DNA of 64,000 bases from Armatimonadota bacterium (GTDB lineage Bacteria; Armatimonadota; Fimbriimonadia; Fimbriimonadales; GBS-DC), in the NCBI GenBank assembly GCA_037444405.1, contig JBBIML010000008.1:68225-132224 (forward strand), written 5' to 3'. Under the pieces are notes generated by a model. It was not told the origin of the DNA and made no database searches. It was given only the letters and a program-made list of their open reading frames with translations. Positions 54,761 to 64,000 of this stretch are shown piece after piece (positions within the stretch are counted from its first letter, which is position 1; each line of letters opens with the position of its first letter). Made by a program: the position numbers and the translations under genes.

Positions 54761-57031
54761 TTATGCCGCCTGCTGATCAGGACAACTGTCCAGCCAGCGG
54801 ATCAGCACCTTCTGAAGCTGTTCTGCCTGAACGGGTTTGCTCAGGTAGTCGTTCATTCCGCAAGCCAGGCACTTCTCGCGGTCGCCTTCGAGCGCGTTGG
54901 CGGTGAGCGCAATGATGGGCACAGCTATCCCCATCGCCCGCAACTGCCGCGTGGCTTCGTAGCCGTCCATCTCTGGCATCTGGCAGTCCATCAGGATTAA
55001 ATCATAGGCATTTTGGCTCGCTTTCTCGACGGCGTCGCGCCCATCGACAGCGACATCCACCTGTAGCTGACAGCGCGTCAGCATCCGCAGGGCGACCTTG
55101 CGGTTGATCTCGTTATCCTCCACCAGCAGCACGCGCTTGCCGCACAAGGAGGGGGATGGTGACCGCACCGCTGCGCCTTCCGCATGGCTGGATTGGGCTT
55201 CAGGCGCGTCGGCGGCGGGCAGGGGCAGCTCCACATAGAACAGACTGCCTTTGCCAGGCTCGCTGACGACGCCGATTCGCCCGTTCATCAGCTCGGTCAG
55301 GCGTTTGCAGATGGCAAGCCCCAGCCCCGTGCCGCCGTAGCGGCGCGTGGTGGAGGCGTCCGCCTGCGTGAAGGCTTCGAAGATGGTTTCCTGCTTGTCG
55401 GCGGGGATGCCGATGCCTGTGTCCCGCACCCCTATCCAGATGCCCGAATCGCTGCGCCGAATCTGCAGGGTGACGCTACCCTCATGGGTGAACTTGATGG
55501 CGTTGCTGATGAAGTTCGCCACAATCTGGCGCAGGCGCACCGGGTCGCCCAGCACCCATTCAGGCGTGCTGGGGTCCACTTCCGCCTTGAGCAGGATGCC
55601 CTTCTCGCTGGCGCGACCGCTGAAGAGATTGACCAGCTCCCGCGCCAGTTCGCGCAGGTTCACTGGCACCCGCTCCAGCGCCAGCCGTCCCGCCTCAATC
55701 TTGGAAAGATCGAGAATGTCGTTGAGCAGTCCCAGCAGGTAGTTCGCGCTGTTTTTGAGCGTGTGGAGCATCTCCTGCTGCTCGCTGTTGAGCGGCGTGT
55801 CCTCCAGCAGCTGCACCATGCCCAGAATGCCGTTCATCGGGGTGCGAATCTCGTGGCTCATATTGGCTAAGAACTCCGACTTGGCGCGGCTGGCGGCTTC
55901 GGCGCGCACCGCCAGCTCCTGTGCATGCTCTAAAGCCTCCTGCAGACGCTCATTGATCTGCGACAGGTGCATCTCCGCCCGTTTGCGCTCGGTGATGTCG
56001 CGCACCAGCACCAGCACCTTGTCCGAATCGTAGGGCACTAACCGTGCCTCGAAATATTCCGGCTCACCACCCGCGAGCGGCTCAAGCGCATATTCGATGG
56101 TCTGCATGGAGCCGATGCTCATGGTCAGGTGGATGGCGTTTAATGCGGGTTCAACGATATGCGGTGGCAGAACCTCCCGTATTGTGCGTCCCAGAAACTG
56201 CTCTGGCGGCACATAGAGCCTGTCCACCGAAGGCGCGTGATATTGCAGGAATCGCCCTTCGCGACTAACGACGAACATCAGATCGGGCAGCACATTCAAC
56301 AAAGACTGCAGATACTGCTGATGTTGATGCAGTTGTAAAGTGGCTTGCTGGCGATGGTGCAGAAAGCGCCATACTCCCAGGCTCCAGAGCAGCGCCACCA
56401 GTCCCGCCATCACCAGATTGCGCTGATAGCTGCGCCGAAGCGCGGCGAACTCTGCTCGGTAGGTATCCGCTGCCATATCCACGCCCAGCGCACCCACAAT
56501 TTCACCGCGCGAGTTGCGCAACGGCACATAGGCACTCACATAATAGCCCCACGGACTGGGCAGGATGCCTGTCACCTGGGGAGTGCCCTTCTCAATCACC
56601 GCGAACATCTCCGGTTCCGCCTGGGGATACTCGTCCCAGATATACGACTTGTCTTCCACGCCGTCGCCATCGTTATCGCCAGGCGGAGTGGCGTCCAGAA
56701 TAAAGAAGATTTTGCCTTCTTTGAGCGTGAAGGTGTAGATGAACTTGATTTTGGGGTTGGTTCGCTGGATGCGCACAAGCGGCTCGATGGCTTTTTGATA
56801 TTTGAGGGTGTCCTCTTCGCCCTTTTTGAAGCTCAGGTGCTGGTCGCCATCGATGGTGGTGGCGGCGGCGAGCGCGGTGTGCAGGAGCATCTCATAGAGC
56901 TGCTCCTCCACCGCCTGCCGCGCCTGACGATAGAACAGGTGCAGGGTGAGCGCCATGATGCCGAGCAAGCCCAGCCCCGTCAGCACACTCAGCCCATAGA
57001 TAGAGCGATTGCGCAGATACCAGCGTCCCAT
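54761..57031 (-). CDS. hybrid sensor histidine kinase/response regulator (Cache-like sensor, PAS, HisKA, HATPase, REC)
   Basis: [14 protein letters not shown]-box, DTGIGIP and [12 protein letters not shown]-lid motifs, and C-terminal receiver domain [13 protein letters not shown]. Confidence 0.9.
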   Translation of the reverse strand: MGRWYLRNRSIYGLSVLTGLGLLGIMALTLHLFYRQARQAVEEQLYEMLLHTALAAATTIDGDQHLSFKKGEEDTLKYQKAIEPLVRIQRTNPKIKFIYTFTLKEGKIFFILDATPPGDNDGDGVEDKSYIWDEYPQAEPEMFAVIEKGTPQVTGILPSPWGYYVSAYVPLRNSRGEIVGALGVDMAADTYRAEFAALRRSYQRNLVMAGLVALLWSLGVWRFLHHRQQATLQLHQHQQYLQSLLNVLPDLMFVVSREGRFLQYHAPSVDRLYVPPEQFLGRTIREVLPPHIVEPALNAIHLTMSIGSMQTIEYALEPLAGGEPEYFEARLVPYDSDKVLVLVRDITERKRAEMHLSQINERLQEALEHAQELAVRAEAASRAKSEFLANMSHEIRTPMNGILGMVQLLEDTPLNSEQQEMLHTLKNSANYLLGLLNDILDLSKIEAGRLALERVPVNLRELARELVNLFSGRASEKGILLKAEVDPSTPEWVLGDPVRLRQIVANFISNAIKFTHEGSVTLQIRRSDSGIWIGVRDTGIGIPADKQETIFEAFTQADASTTRRYGGTGLGLAICKRLTELMNGRIGVVSEPGKGSLFYVELPLPAADAPEAQSSHAEGAAVRSPSPSLCGKRVLLVEDNEINRKVALRMLTRCQLQVDVAVDGRDAVEKASQNAYDLILMDCQMPEMDGYEATRQLRAMGIAVPIIALTANALEGDREKCLACGMNDYLSKPVQAEQLQKVLIRWLDSCPDQQAA

Positions 57032-57105
57032 TATCAGGGTGGGTTATTCCACAGTGATAGATGAAAGGTAAACTCCCTCTGGTCGGCATGAGGTAATCTG
57101 TCGAT

Positions 57106-58518
57106 GTGGTTCAGCGGGCGATTGAGCGGTTACGGGAGGCGCTGCGCGGCACGCCGTACGAGGGGCGGGTCTATCTCGTGGGCGGCTATGTGCGCGACAG
57201 GCTGCTCCAGCGCCCCCTGCCGAACGATCTGGACCTCGTGCTGGAAGGTGATGCGCTCGCACTGGCAAACTGGCTCTACGAGCAGGGCATCAGCCAGCAC
57301 GCGCCCGTCGTCTATCGCAACTTCGGAACCGCGAAGGTCACTGTCGACAATGTGCCCATCGAGATTGTTACGGCGCGCGCCGAATCGTACCGCGCGGAGA
57401 GCCGCAAACCCATTCAGGTCAAGCCCGCCTCGCTCCATGAAGACGCCCTGCGCCGCGACTTCACCATCAACACGCTGCTGGAGAACCTGCACACCGGCGA
57501 GATTGTGGACCCGCTCGGCGTCGCACTGACTGACCTGCAGGCGCGGCGCATCCGCACGCCCCGCGAGCCGAAGCAGACCTTCCATGAAGACCCGCTCCGC
57601 ATGCTGCGTGCTGTCCGATTCGCCATCCAGCTCGATTTTTCAATCGACCCCGACACCTTCGAGGCGATTCGGCAGGAGGCGCACCGCCTGCAGATTATCA
57701 GTCGGGAGCGCATCCGCGACGAGTTCACAAAGATTCTGGAGCAGTCGGGCGCGGCGCAGGGGCTGCAGATGCTGCTGGAGAGTGGGCTGCTCGCCCAGTT
57801 TGCACAGCCCCTTCTGCCGATGGTCGGCTGCACGCAGAACCGCTATCACCTGTACGATGTGTGGACGCACAGCGTGAAAGCCGTCGAGTCGTTGCCGTCG
57901 GACGAAGTGCTGACGAGCTTGCCGCTGCCCGCGTGGGAGCTGCGCCTTGCCACACTGCTGCACGATGTGGGCAAACCCGCCACGCGCACCGTCGACGAGC
58001 AGGGCGAGGTGCATTTCTACGGGCACGCCAGAGTGGGAGCAGACATCGCCCGCCAGTGGCTGCGCGAGATGAAGTATCCCAACGCGACCATCGAGCGCGT
58101 GTGTCGATTGATTGCCCTGCATATGCGACCGGGTGAGTACAGCCCGCGCTGGAGCGATTCAGCCATCCGACGGCTGATTCGCGATGCGGGCGAGCTGCTG
58201 GAGGCGTTGCTGATCATGGTGGAAGCCGACATTCGGGCGCAGCGTGCCGACATGCCGCGCGCCGATCTGAACGAGCTGCGCCAGCGCATCGAGGCGATAC
58301 GGTGCCGCGAGGATACCCGCCGCTGGCAAAGCCCGCTCACGGGCGATGAACTGATGCAGCAGCTGGGCTTGAAGCCGGGCGCACTGATTGGCAGGCTCAA
58401 AGCGGCACTAATGAACGAGGTGCTGGAAGGGCGGCTCGCGCCCGACGATAAGGCGCACGCCCTGCAAATCGCCCGCGAGCTGCTCGCACGGTGGCGGGCG
58501 GATGAAACAGTGGCTTGA
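57106..58518 (+). CDS. cca: CCA tRNA nucleotidyltransferase with HD domain
   Basis: LVGGYVRDRLL, DLDLV and RRDFTINTL head-domain motifs, plus LLHDVGKP in the HD domain. GTG start. Confidence 0.85.
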   Translation: MVQRAIERLREALRGTPYEGRVYLVGGYVRDRLLQRPLPNDLDLVLEGDALALANWLYEQGISQHAPVVYRNFGTAKVTVDNVPIEIVTARAESYRAESRKPIQVKPASLHEDALRRDFTINTLLENLHTGEIVDPLGVALTDLQARRIRTPREPKQTFHEDPLRMLRAVRFAIQLDFSIDPDTFEAIRQEAHRLQIISRERIRDEFTKILEQSGAAQGLQMLLESGLLAQFAQPLLPMVGCTQNRYHLYDVWTHSVKAVESLPSDEVLTSLPLPAWELRLATLLHDVGKPATRTVDEQGEVHFYGHARVGADIARQWLREMKYPNATIERVCRLIALHMRPGEYSPRWSDSAIRRLIRDAGELLEALLIMVEADIRAQRADMPRADLNELRQRIEAIRCREDTRRWQSPLTGDELMQQLGLKPGALIGRLKAALMNEVLEGRLAPDDKAHALQIARELLARWRADETVA

Positions 58519-58532
58519 GCGTCTCGCTCAAG
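58514..58532. repeat. family C palindrome CTTGAGCG-tct-CGCTCAAG overlapping the cca stop codon
   Basis: Perfect 8-bp stem between the convergent cca and ispH genes. Confidence 0.85.
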
Positions 58533-58545
58533 CAAATGACGATTC

Positions 58546-59493
58546 TTAGCGCTCGCCCGCCGCCTGCGCAATTAATGTGCGTGGCGGGATGAATTCGATT
58601 TGCTCCTCCAGCAGCTGCAGGGTTTCGACCGTCGCGTCGGGATTGTAGCGCAGCAGCTCGTTCACGATGGCTTCGGTCGACTCTTCTGGTGTGGACGCGC
58701 CGCTGGTGATGCCAATCACGCGATAGTTGTGCGCCCATTCGGGGCGCACCTCGTCGGGTTCCAGCAGTAAATAGGCGGGCACGCCCTGCGCCCGCGCAAC
58801 CTCACACAGGCGGTTCGAATTGCTGCTGGACTGGCTGCCGACCACCAGCACCAGATGGCACTGCTGGGCGAGCGCCTTGACCGCTGCCTGACGATTGGTG
58901 GTGGCGTAGCAGATGTCCTCCTTGCGTGGCAGCTCTATCTGGGGGAATCGGCGGCGCAACACGGCAATAATGGCATTCGCCTCGTCCACGCTCAGCGTGG
59001 TCTGGGTGGCAATCGCGAGCGGGCGGTCGGGTGGAACCTGCACGCGCTCGGCTTCCTCCACCGTCTCCACCAGCGTGACCTGGTCGGGCGCGTGCCCCAT
59101 GCTGCCCATCGCCTCCACATGCCCGCGATGCCCGATATAGAGGATGTGGTAGCCCTGTCGGGCGAAGCGGGTGATCTCGCGGTGAACCTTGCTCACCAGC
59201 GGGCAGGTGGCGTCCACCACGCGCAGGTTGCGCTCCGCCGCCTGCTGGCGCACGGCGGGCGAGACGCCATGCGCGCTGAACACCACCACCGAGCCAGGCG
59301 GGACCTCAGACAAATCCTCCACAAAAATCACGCCGCGCCGTTCAAACGAGCGCACCACATGCTCGTTATGCACAATTGCGTGGCGCACATAGAGTGGCGT
59401 GCCGAACGCCTTCAGCGCAAGGTTCACCACCTCAATCGCGTAGGCGACGCCCGCGCAGAAGCCCCGCGGCGCCGCCAGAATAATCTTCTCCAT
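58546..59493 (-). CDS. ispH: 4-hydroxy-3-methylbut-2-enyl diphosphate reductase
   Basis: PRGFCAGV N-terminus, conserved Cys and His residues. 315 aa. Confidence 0.93.
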   Translation of the reverse strand: MEKIILAAPRGFCAGVAYAIEVVNLALKAFGTPLYVRHAIVHNEHVVRSFERRGVIFVEDLSEVPPGSVVVFSAHGVSPAVRQQAAERNLRVVDATCPLVSKVHREITRFARQGYHILYIGHRGHVEAMGSMGHAPDQVTLVETVEEAERVQVPPDRPLAIATQTTLSVDEANAIIAVLRRRFPQIELPRKEDICYATTNRQAAVKALAQQCHLVLVVGSQSSSNSNRLCEVARAQGVPAYLLLEPDEVRPEWAHNYRVIGITSGASTPEESTEAIVNELLRYNPDATVETLQLLEEQIEFIPPRTLIAQAAGER

Positions 59494-59509
59494 GCGCCCG
59501 AAGTATACC

Positions 59510-60709
59510 TCATCCCGTCGCTGCCAGCTTGCGGGGGATGCCCAGCGCGATCAGCCACACCAGCATCTGAATCAGCGCGGCGGAGGCGTAGGGTAGCGCG
59601 TCGCTGTAGTGCAATAGCCCGTTGCCCCAGATGGGACCGACGATTCGGGCGAGGCTCTCCAGCGAGCCTGCCACCCCCTGCACGCGCCCCTGCTCGTCCG
59701 TGCCTGCCGCCTGACTCAGCAGGCTGGTCAAGCATGGCAGCGCGAGCGAGCCGCCGATGGTCGCGACACCCGCCGACAGCACAAACAGGGCTATCCAGGG
59801 GCTTAGCGCGGCAATCAGCAGCCCCGACAGGTTCAGCCCCAGCCCCAGCAGCAGAACATTGCGCTCGCCCAGCCGATTGACCACCCGCCCCGTCAGCAGC
59901 GCTTGCGTGAACGCGCCGATAAGCCCTACCATCGTCAGCACATAGCCGTTCTCCACAGGTCCCAGATTGAACCGCTTATGGGTGAAGAGCGGAAAGGAGG
60001 TCTGATAGATGGAGAAGGTTATCCAGATGAGCAGGTTCATCCAGAGCAGGCGTCCGAGCGTGGGGCGTTGCAGGAGGTGGGGCAGCTCGCGCCAGGGCGA
60101 GGGTCGTCGCGCGGGGGTTGTGTGAACGGTTTCGGGCAGCCACCGCCAGCCGAGCGCGGCGGCAATCAGCGAGATGCCCGCCGCCGTCCACGCTGGTACA
60201 TCCAGTCCGAACCGTGCCAGCCCGCCCCCCAGCGCCGGTCCGAGAATGAACCCCAGCCCGAACGCCGCGCCAATCAGCCCGAAGTTGCGCGCCCGCTCGC
60301 GTGGCTCGCTGATGTCCGCGATATACGCCCGAACCGTCGTGATGTTGCCGCCTGTGAAGCCGTCCACAATCCGCGCGGCGAACAGCCAGACCATGTTGCC
60401 CGCCAGCGCCAGCATCACAAAGCTCGCCGCCGAACCCAGCAGGCTCAGAATCAGCACGGGGCGACGACCCCACCGATCCGACCAGTCGCCCAGAATCGGC
60501 GCGGCGAGCATCTGCGCCGCCGAGAAGGAGGCGAACAGCAGTCCGACCTCCCACTCCGACGCGCGGAACTGCTGGGCATAAAAGGGCAACAGCGGGATGA
60601 CGATGCCGAACCCGATCAGGCTCACGCAGATGGTCAGAAAGACGGTCAGCAGCGCCCGCCGCTTAACGGCGGGCGCCGAATCGGGCGTGATACGCACCAC
60701 GCGACTCAT
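59510..60709 (-). CDS. MFS transporter (TetA/DHA1-like)
   Basis: GDWSDRWGRRPVL motif A and 12 hydrophobic segments. ATG at 60709. Confidence 0.85.
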   Translation of the reverse strand: MSRVVRITPDSAPAVKRRALLTVFLTICVSLIGFGIVIPLLPFYAQQFRASEWEVGLLFASFSAAQMLAAPILGDWSDRWGRRPVLILSLLGSAASFVMLALAGNMVWLFAARIVDGFTGGNITTVRAYIADISEPRERARNFGLIGAAFGLGFILGPALGGGLARFGLDVPAWTAAGISLIAAALGWRWLPETVHTTPARRPSPWRELPHLLQRPTLGRLLWMNLLIWITFSIYQTSFPLFTHKRFNLGPVENGYVLTMVGLIGAFTQALLTGRVVNRLGERNVLLLGLGLNLSGLLIAALSPWIALFVLSAGVATIGGSLALPCLTSLLSQAAGTDEQGRVQGVAGSLESLARIVGPIWGNGLLHYSDALPYASAALIQMLVWLIALGIPRKLAATG

Positions 60710-60710
60710 C

Positions 60711-63197
60711 TCAGTAGCGGCGTTTGCGCTTCGGCTTATTCGGGCGGTGAGGCTTCTTCGGCTTTGCGGTGGGCGCACCCGTCGCTACAGGCTGCTCCGT
60801 GCTGGCTGGAGTAGGGGCTGGGGTGGAAGCGGATCGCGCGCCCGTCGCCGTCGCCCGCAGCGCGCTCTGCTGACGCTCCTGCGTGCGCGCCCGAAACGCC
60901 TCCCAGTCCACAATCATCTGGCTGGCGATGTAGATCGACGAGTAGGTTCCCACAATCGCGCCAATGGTCATCGCCACATAGAAGTGGCGCAGATCGTGCG
61001 TGACCGCGCCCCAGACCATCAGCGCGATCAGCACCAGCACAAGGGTCAGGCTGGTGTTGATGGAGCGTGCCAGGGTCTGGTTCAGGCTCCGATTAACAAT
61101 CGTCGCGAGCGATTCGCCTCTCAGCCGATGGCGCAGATTCTCGCGGATACGGTCATAGACCACAATCGTGTCGTGGACCGAGAAGCCGATGAGCGTCAGC
61201 AGGGCGGTCAGGAAGAGCGCGTTCACCTCCCAGCCGAGCAGGTAGCCCAGCAGCGCCGAGGAGCCGACCACAATCAGCACATCGTGCGCCAGCGCCAGCA
61301 TCGCCGCGATGCCGAACTTGAACCCGCTCCAGCCGCCCTCGATGGAGAAGCGCAGGGTGATATAGAGCAGGATGGCAATGAGCGAGAGGATGACGGCGGT
61401 GTAGGCGCGCTGCACAATCTCGGCGCGAATGCGCGGGCTGATGCTGGCGAAACTCACCTCTTTGAGCTCGCCCAGCGGCTGCAACGCTGCCAGGATGCGC
61501 GGCTTGTCCTTATCGCTTGTGTCCGCCACATGCACAATCAGCTGGCGGTTGCCCTCGGCGAACTGCGCTCCTGCCTTCGAAAAGCCCGCCTTGCGCAGCA
61601 GCGCGTTCACCTCGTTCAAGCTGGCGCGAATCGGCTGGCTCGATTCAACTACCAGCTCGCTGCCGCCGGCGAAGTCGATGCCCGGCTTCAGCCCGCCCAG
61701 CCCCAGCCAGAAGACCAGCCCGATGGCAATCAGGCTCCCGCTGAGCGCGTAGAACAGGCGGCGCCGACCCACAAAATCGAACCGATCGCTCACCCGCTCC
61801 AGACCCTCGCCAATCGTCACGCCAATCTGGCGATAGAGACCGAACAGCTTCGGGTCGGGATGGACACCCATGCCAACCAGCGAGTAGAGCAGCGTGCGCG
61901 TGCAGGTAATCGCCGTGAAGAAGCTGATAATCACACCAATCGCCAGCGTGGTCGCGAACCCCTGCACGGGACCCGTGCCGTAGTTGTAGAGGATGATACA
62001 GGTGATAATCGTGCTGAGGTTCGAGTCGAAGATGGCGGGGAAGGCGCGTTTGAAGCCTGCATCGATCGCCGCCATCAGCGTCTTGCCGATGCGCAGCTCC
62101 TCTTTGACACGCTCAAAAATCAGAATGTTGGCGTCAACCGCCATGCCGATCGAGAGGATAAAACCGGCGATGGCAGGCAGCGAGAAGGTTACCCCCACCG
62201 ACTTGAACACCGCGATGGAGAAAAGAATGTAAAGCCCCAGTGCGATAACCGACAGCACGCCGGGCAGGAGGTAGTAGATGACCATAAAGAGCGCGACGAG
62301 GATCGTGCCGACGAGACCCGCCTGTAGGATGCGATCCCATGCGCGGGCGCCCAGAATCGGCTCGACGCGGTTAATCGTCTCCACGCGCAGGCTCACGGGC
62401 AGCGCACCCGCCCGCAGCAGGTCGCGCAGGCGTGTCGCTTCCTTGAGCGTGAAGTTGCCCCGTATCACGGGATTGCGCAGGTTCGCCGATTCCACCACAG
62501 GCGCCGAGATGATGCGGTTGTCCAGCACAATCGCGATATGCTCTTTGAGATAAAGGGAGGTGGCACGGGCGAACTTCTCTTCGGCTTCAGGCTTCAGATA
62601 GAGCGCCACCTCAGGGTTGAAGGTCTGGCGGACCACCTCCGCGTCACGCAAATCGTCGCCGGTGATAATCAGCGGGGAGCTTTGAATGATTTGCAGATAT
62701 TCGGGCGTGCCCTCCTTGATGAGCTTGCCTGGCTCCTTGGTGTTGCCCAGATCACGGAAGCGCACAATCTCCTCGCCCCGCTCATCTTTTTCGATAGCCA
62801 GCTCATACCGCCCCGTGGGGTTCTTCTCGGTGCGCACATCTTTGAGGTAGCGGAATTCGAGGCGGGCAGTCACCGAGAGCAGGTCGAGCGCCTCCTGCTG
62901 ATTGGTGAAGCCGGGCAGCTCGATCACGATTTCGCGGTCGCCCCGCTTGAAGATACCGGGTTCCACCACGCCCAGCGTGTCGATACGCTTCTGCAGGATG
63001 TCCGCCACCAGGTTCAGGCGGCTCTGATCCCAGCGCCGCTGTTCTTCAGGGGGCAGTTTCTCCACCTCTGCGCGGAGCGTCATGCGGATGCCACCCTTCA
63101 CATCGAGACCCTGACGGGTCTTGAGCTTGGCAACGCCCCAGCCGGCGAGTCCCGCCAGCACAATAATGATGCCCAGATAGATAAAATGCCGTTGCAT
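60711..63197 (-). CDS. secDF: protein translocase subunit SecDF (fused), with a basic C-terminal tail
   Basis: GLDVKGG SecD N-terminus and two RND-like six-TM bundles. 828 aa. Confidence 0.92.
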   Translation of the reverse strand: MQRHFIYLGIIIVLAGLAGWGVAKLKTRQGLDVKGGIRMTLRAEVEKLPPEEQRRWDQSRLNLVADILQKRIDTLGVVEPGIFKRGDREIVIELPGFTNQQEALDLLSVTARLEFRYLKDVRTEKNPTGRYELAIEKDERGEEIVRFRDLGNTKEPGKLIKEGTPEYLQIIQSSPLIITGDDLRDAEVVRQTFNPEVALYLKPEAEEKFARATSLYLKEHIAIVLDNRIISAPVVESANLRNPVIRGNFTLKEATRLRDLLRAGALPVSLRVETINRVEPILGARAWDRILQAGLVGTILVALFMVIYYLLPGVLSVIALGLYILFSIAVFKSVGVTFSLPAIAGFILSIGMAVDANILIFERVKEELRIGKTLMAAIDAGFKRAFPAIFDSNLSTIITCIILYNYGTGPVQGFATTLAIGVIISFFTAITCTRTLLYSLVGMGVHPDPKLFGLYRQIGVTIGEGLERVSDRFDFVGRRRLFYALSGSLIAIGLVFWLGLGGLKPGIDFAGGSELVVESSQPIRASLNEVNALLRKAGFSKAGAQFAEGNRQLIVHVADTSDKDKPRILAALQPLGELKEVSFASISPRIRAEIVQRAYTAVILSLIAILLYITLRFSIEGGWSGFKFGIAAMLALAHDVLIVVGSSALLGYLLGWEVNALFLTALLTLIGFSVHDTIVVYDRIRENLRHRLRGESLATIVNRSLNQTLARSINTSLTLVLVLIALMVWGAVTHDLRHFYVAMTIGAIVGTYSSIYIASQMIVDWEAFRARTQERQQSALRATATGARSASTPAPTPASTEQPVATGAPTAKPKKPHRPNKPKRKRRY

Positions 63198-63239
63198 GCG
63201 TGTTCGTCTCCTCCTGATACCTTCAGTGTCCGTGGGCTA

Positions 63240-64000
63240 TTATACCCCCTGAATCTTCGGCAATTCGCGATAGGTGGTGAGTCGGATACCTTCCTGCTGC
63301 AGCAGCGACCTGAACGCTGGCTCCAGCAGGATGCGCAGTTCATCCACGCGATATTGCCAGCTGTTCGTGATGGCGTGCCCTTCGGGGTCATCTTCGCCCA
63401 GATGCACGATCAGCTCCGTGACGCCCGGTTTGAGGTCGCGAATGAACTGGTGCAGGCGCTGGCGGTGCTGCTCGAAGGCTTCGCCGGGCGCATATTGCGG
63501 GTTCAGGTAATCGATGGTGGGGATGCCCGCCTGCTGGAGGCGCTTGTAGATGGGCATGTAGTCCAGCCCGCGCGTTTTTGCCATCAGCAATATCTCTGGC
63601 GTCGGGCTGAACACCATCGGTGTGATTTTGTATTCCATCGCCACCTTGAGGAACACCTCGAAGAAGCGCGGGTCGGCATAGAGCGTGCCCATGTGCGAGT
63701 CGAGGTGCGTGAGTCGCACGCCGAACTGCAGGGCGCGTTCGATCTGGGCGCGAATCTCGGCTTCCACCTCCTGCGGGCTGGCATGGCGCACCACCTCCTC
63801 CACCGAACGCCAGAGGAAGCCCTCTTTGTCGATAAGTCCCTTCACCCTGTCGGGGTGCGCCACAGGGCGCCAGCGGTAGAACTGCCATTCGCTGGTGAGC
63901 GTGAGGTGCAGACCCACATCGGCGGTCGGATTTCTGCGCACCCATTCGGCAGCGGCGGGGAACCACGGGCAGGGAACCATCATGCTGACGCTGCTGACCA
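63240..64000 (-). CDS. ChbG/HpnK (YdjC) family carbohydrate deacetylase, 5'-truncated by the window edge
   Basis: SMMVPCPW..VGLHLTLTSEW..LTHLDSHMG motifs. The frame stays open upstream of the first Met to position 64000. Confidence 0.75.
   Translation of the reverse strand, partial: VSSVSMMVPCPWFPAAAEWVRRNPTADVGLHLTLTSEWQFYRWRPVAHPDRVKGLIDKEGFLWRSVEEVVRHASPQEVEAEIRAQIERALQFGVRLTHLDSHMGTLYADPRFFEVFLKVAMEYKITPMVFSPTPEILLMAKTRGLDYMPIYKRLQQAGIPTIDYLNPQYAPGEAFEQHRQRLHQFIRDLKPGVTELIVHLGEDDPEGHAITNSWQYRVDELRILLEPAFRSLLQQEGIRLTTYRELPKIQGV

Overview
High-GC bacterial chromosomal segment, densely packed with about 58 CDS on both strands. Most are housekeeping genes: tsaD, trpD, glmM, grpE, nuoA/nuoC, flgF/flgG, hemW, tsaE, hspR-dnaJ-dnaK, recG, an rluD-like gene, cca, ispH and secDF. 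The rest are transporters, oxidoreductases, a hybrid histidine kinase with an Hpt protein, and an SbcD/SbcC-like pair. I found no rRNA, tRNA, CRISPR array, integrase or transposase. Two prepilin-type (H-X9-DG-like) proteins together with flagellar rod genes suggest a PVC/Armatimonadota-like lineage; this is inference only. Items worth a second look: (1) an AT-rich two-gene insert at 39.4-40.7 kb, where a 290-aa PD-(D/E)xK-like protein overlaps a PIN nuclease with no canonical antitoxin; (2) a four-gene operon at 11.3-17.5 kb linking a secreted protein and a polytopic membrane protein to an SbcD-like phosphoesterase and an SbcC-like ATPase that has a transmembrane hairpin where a zinc hook would be; (3) three dispersed families of GC-rich palindromic elements, including copies embedded in frame in coding sequence, copies bracketed by duplicated gene ends (a uORF before trpD, a 103-bp tandem repeat) and HAIR-like hairpins overlapping stop codons; (4) a pentaheme cytochrome c translationally coupled to a secreted propeller-like protein carrying a leaderless pseudopilin globular domain; (5) a stand-alone Rad52/DdrA-like protein with a zinc ribbon coupled to rluD; (6) a small Pol-beta nucleotidyltransferase two-gene module. 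All functional calls come from motif recognition by eye on the supplied translations. No database search was run.
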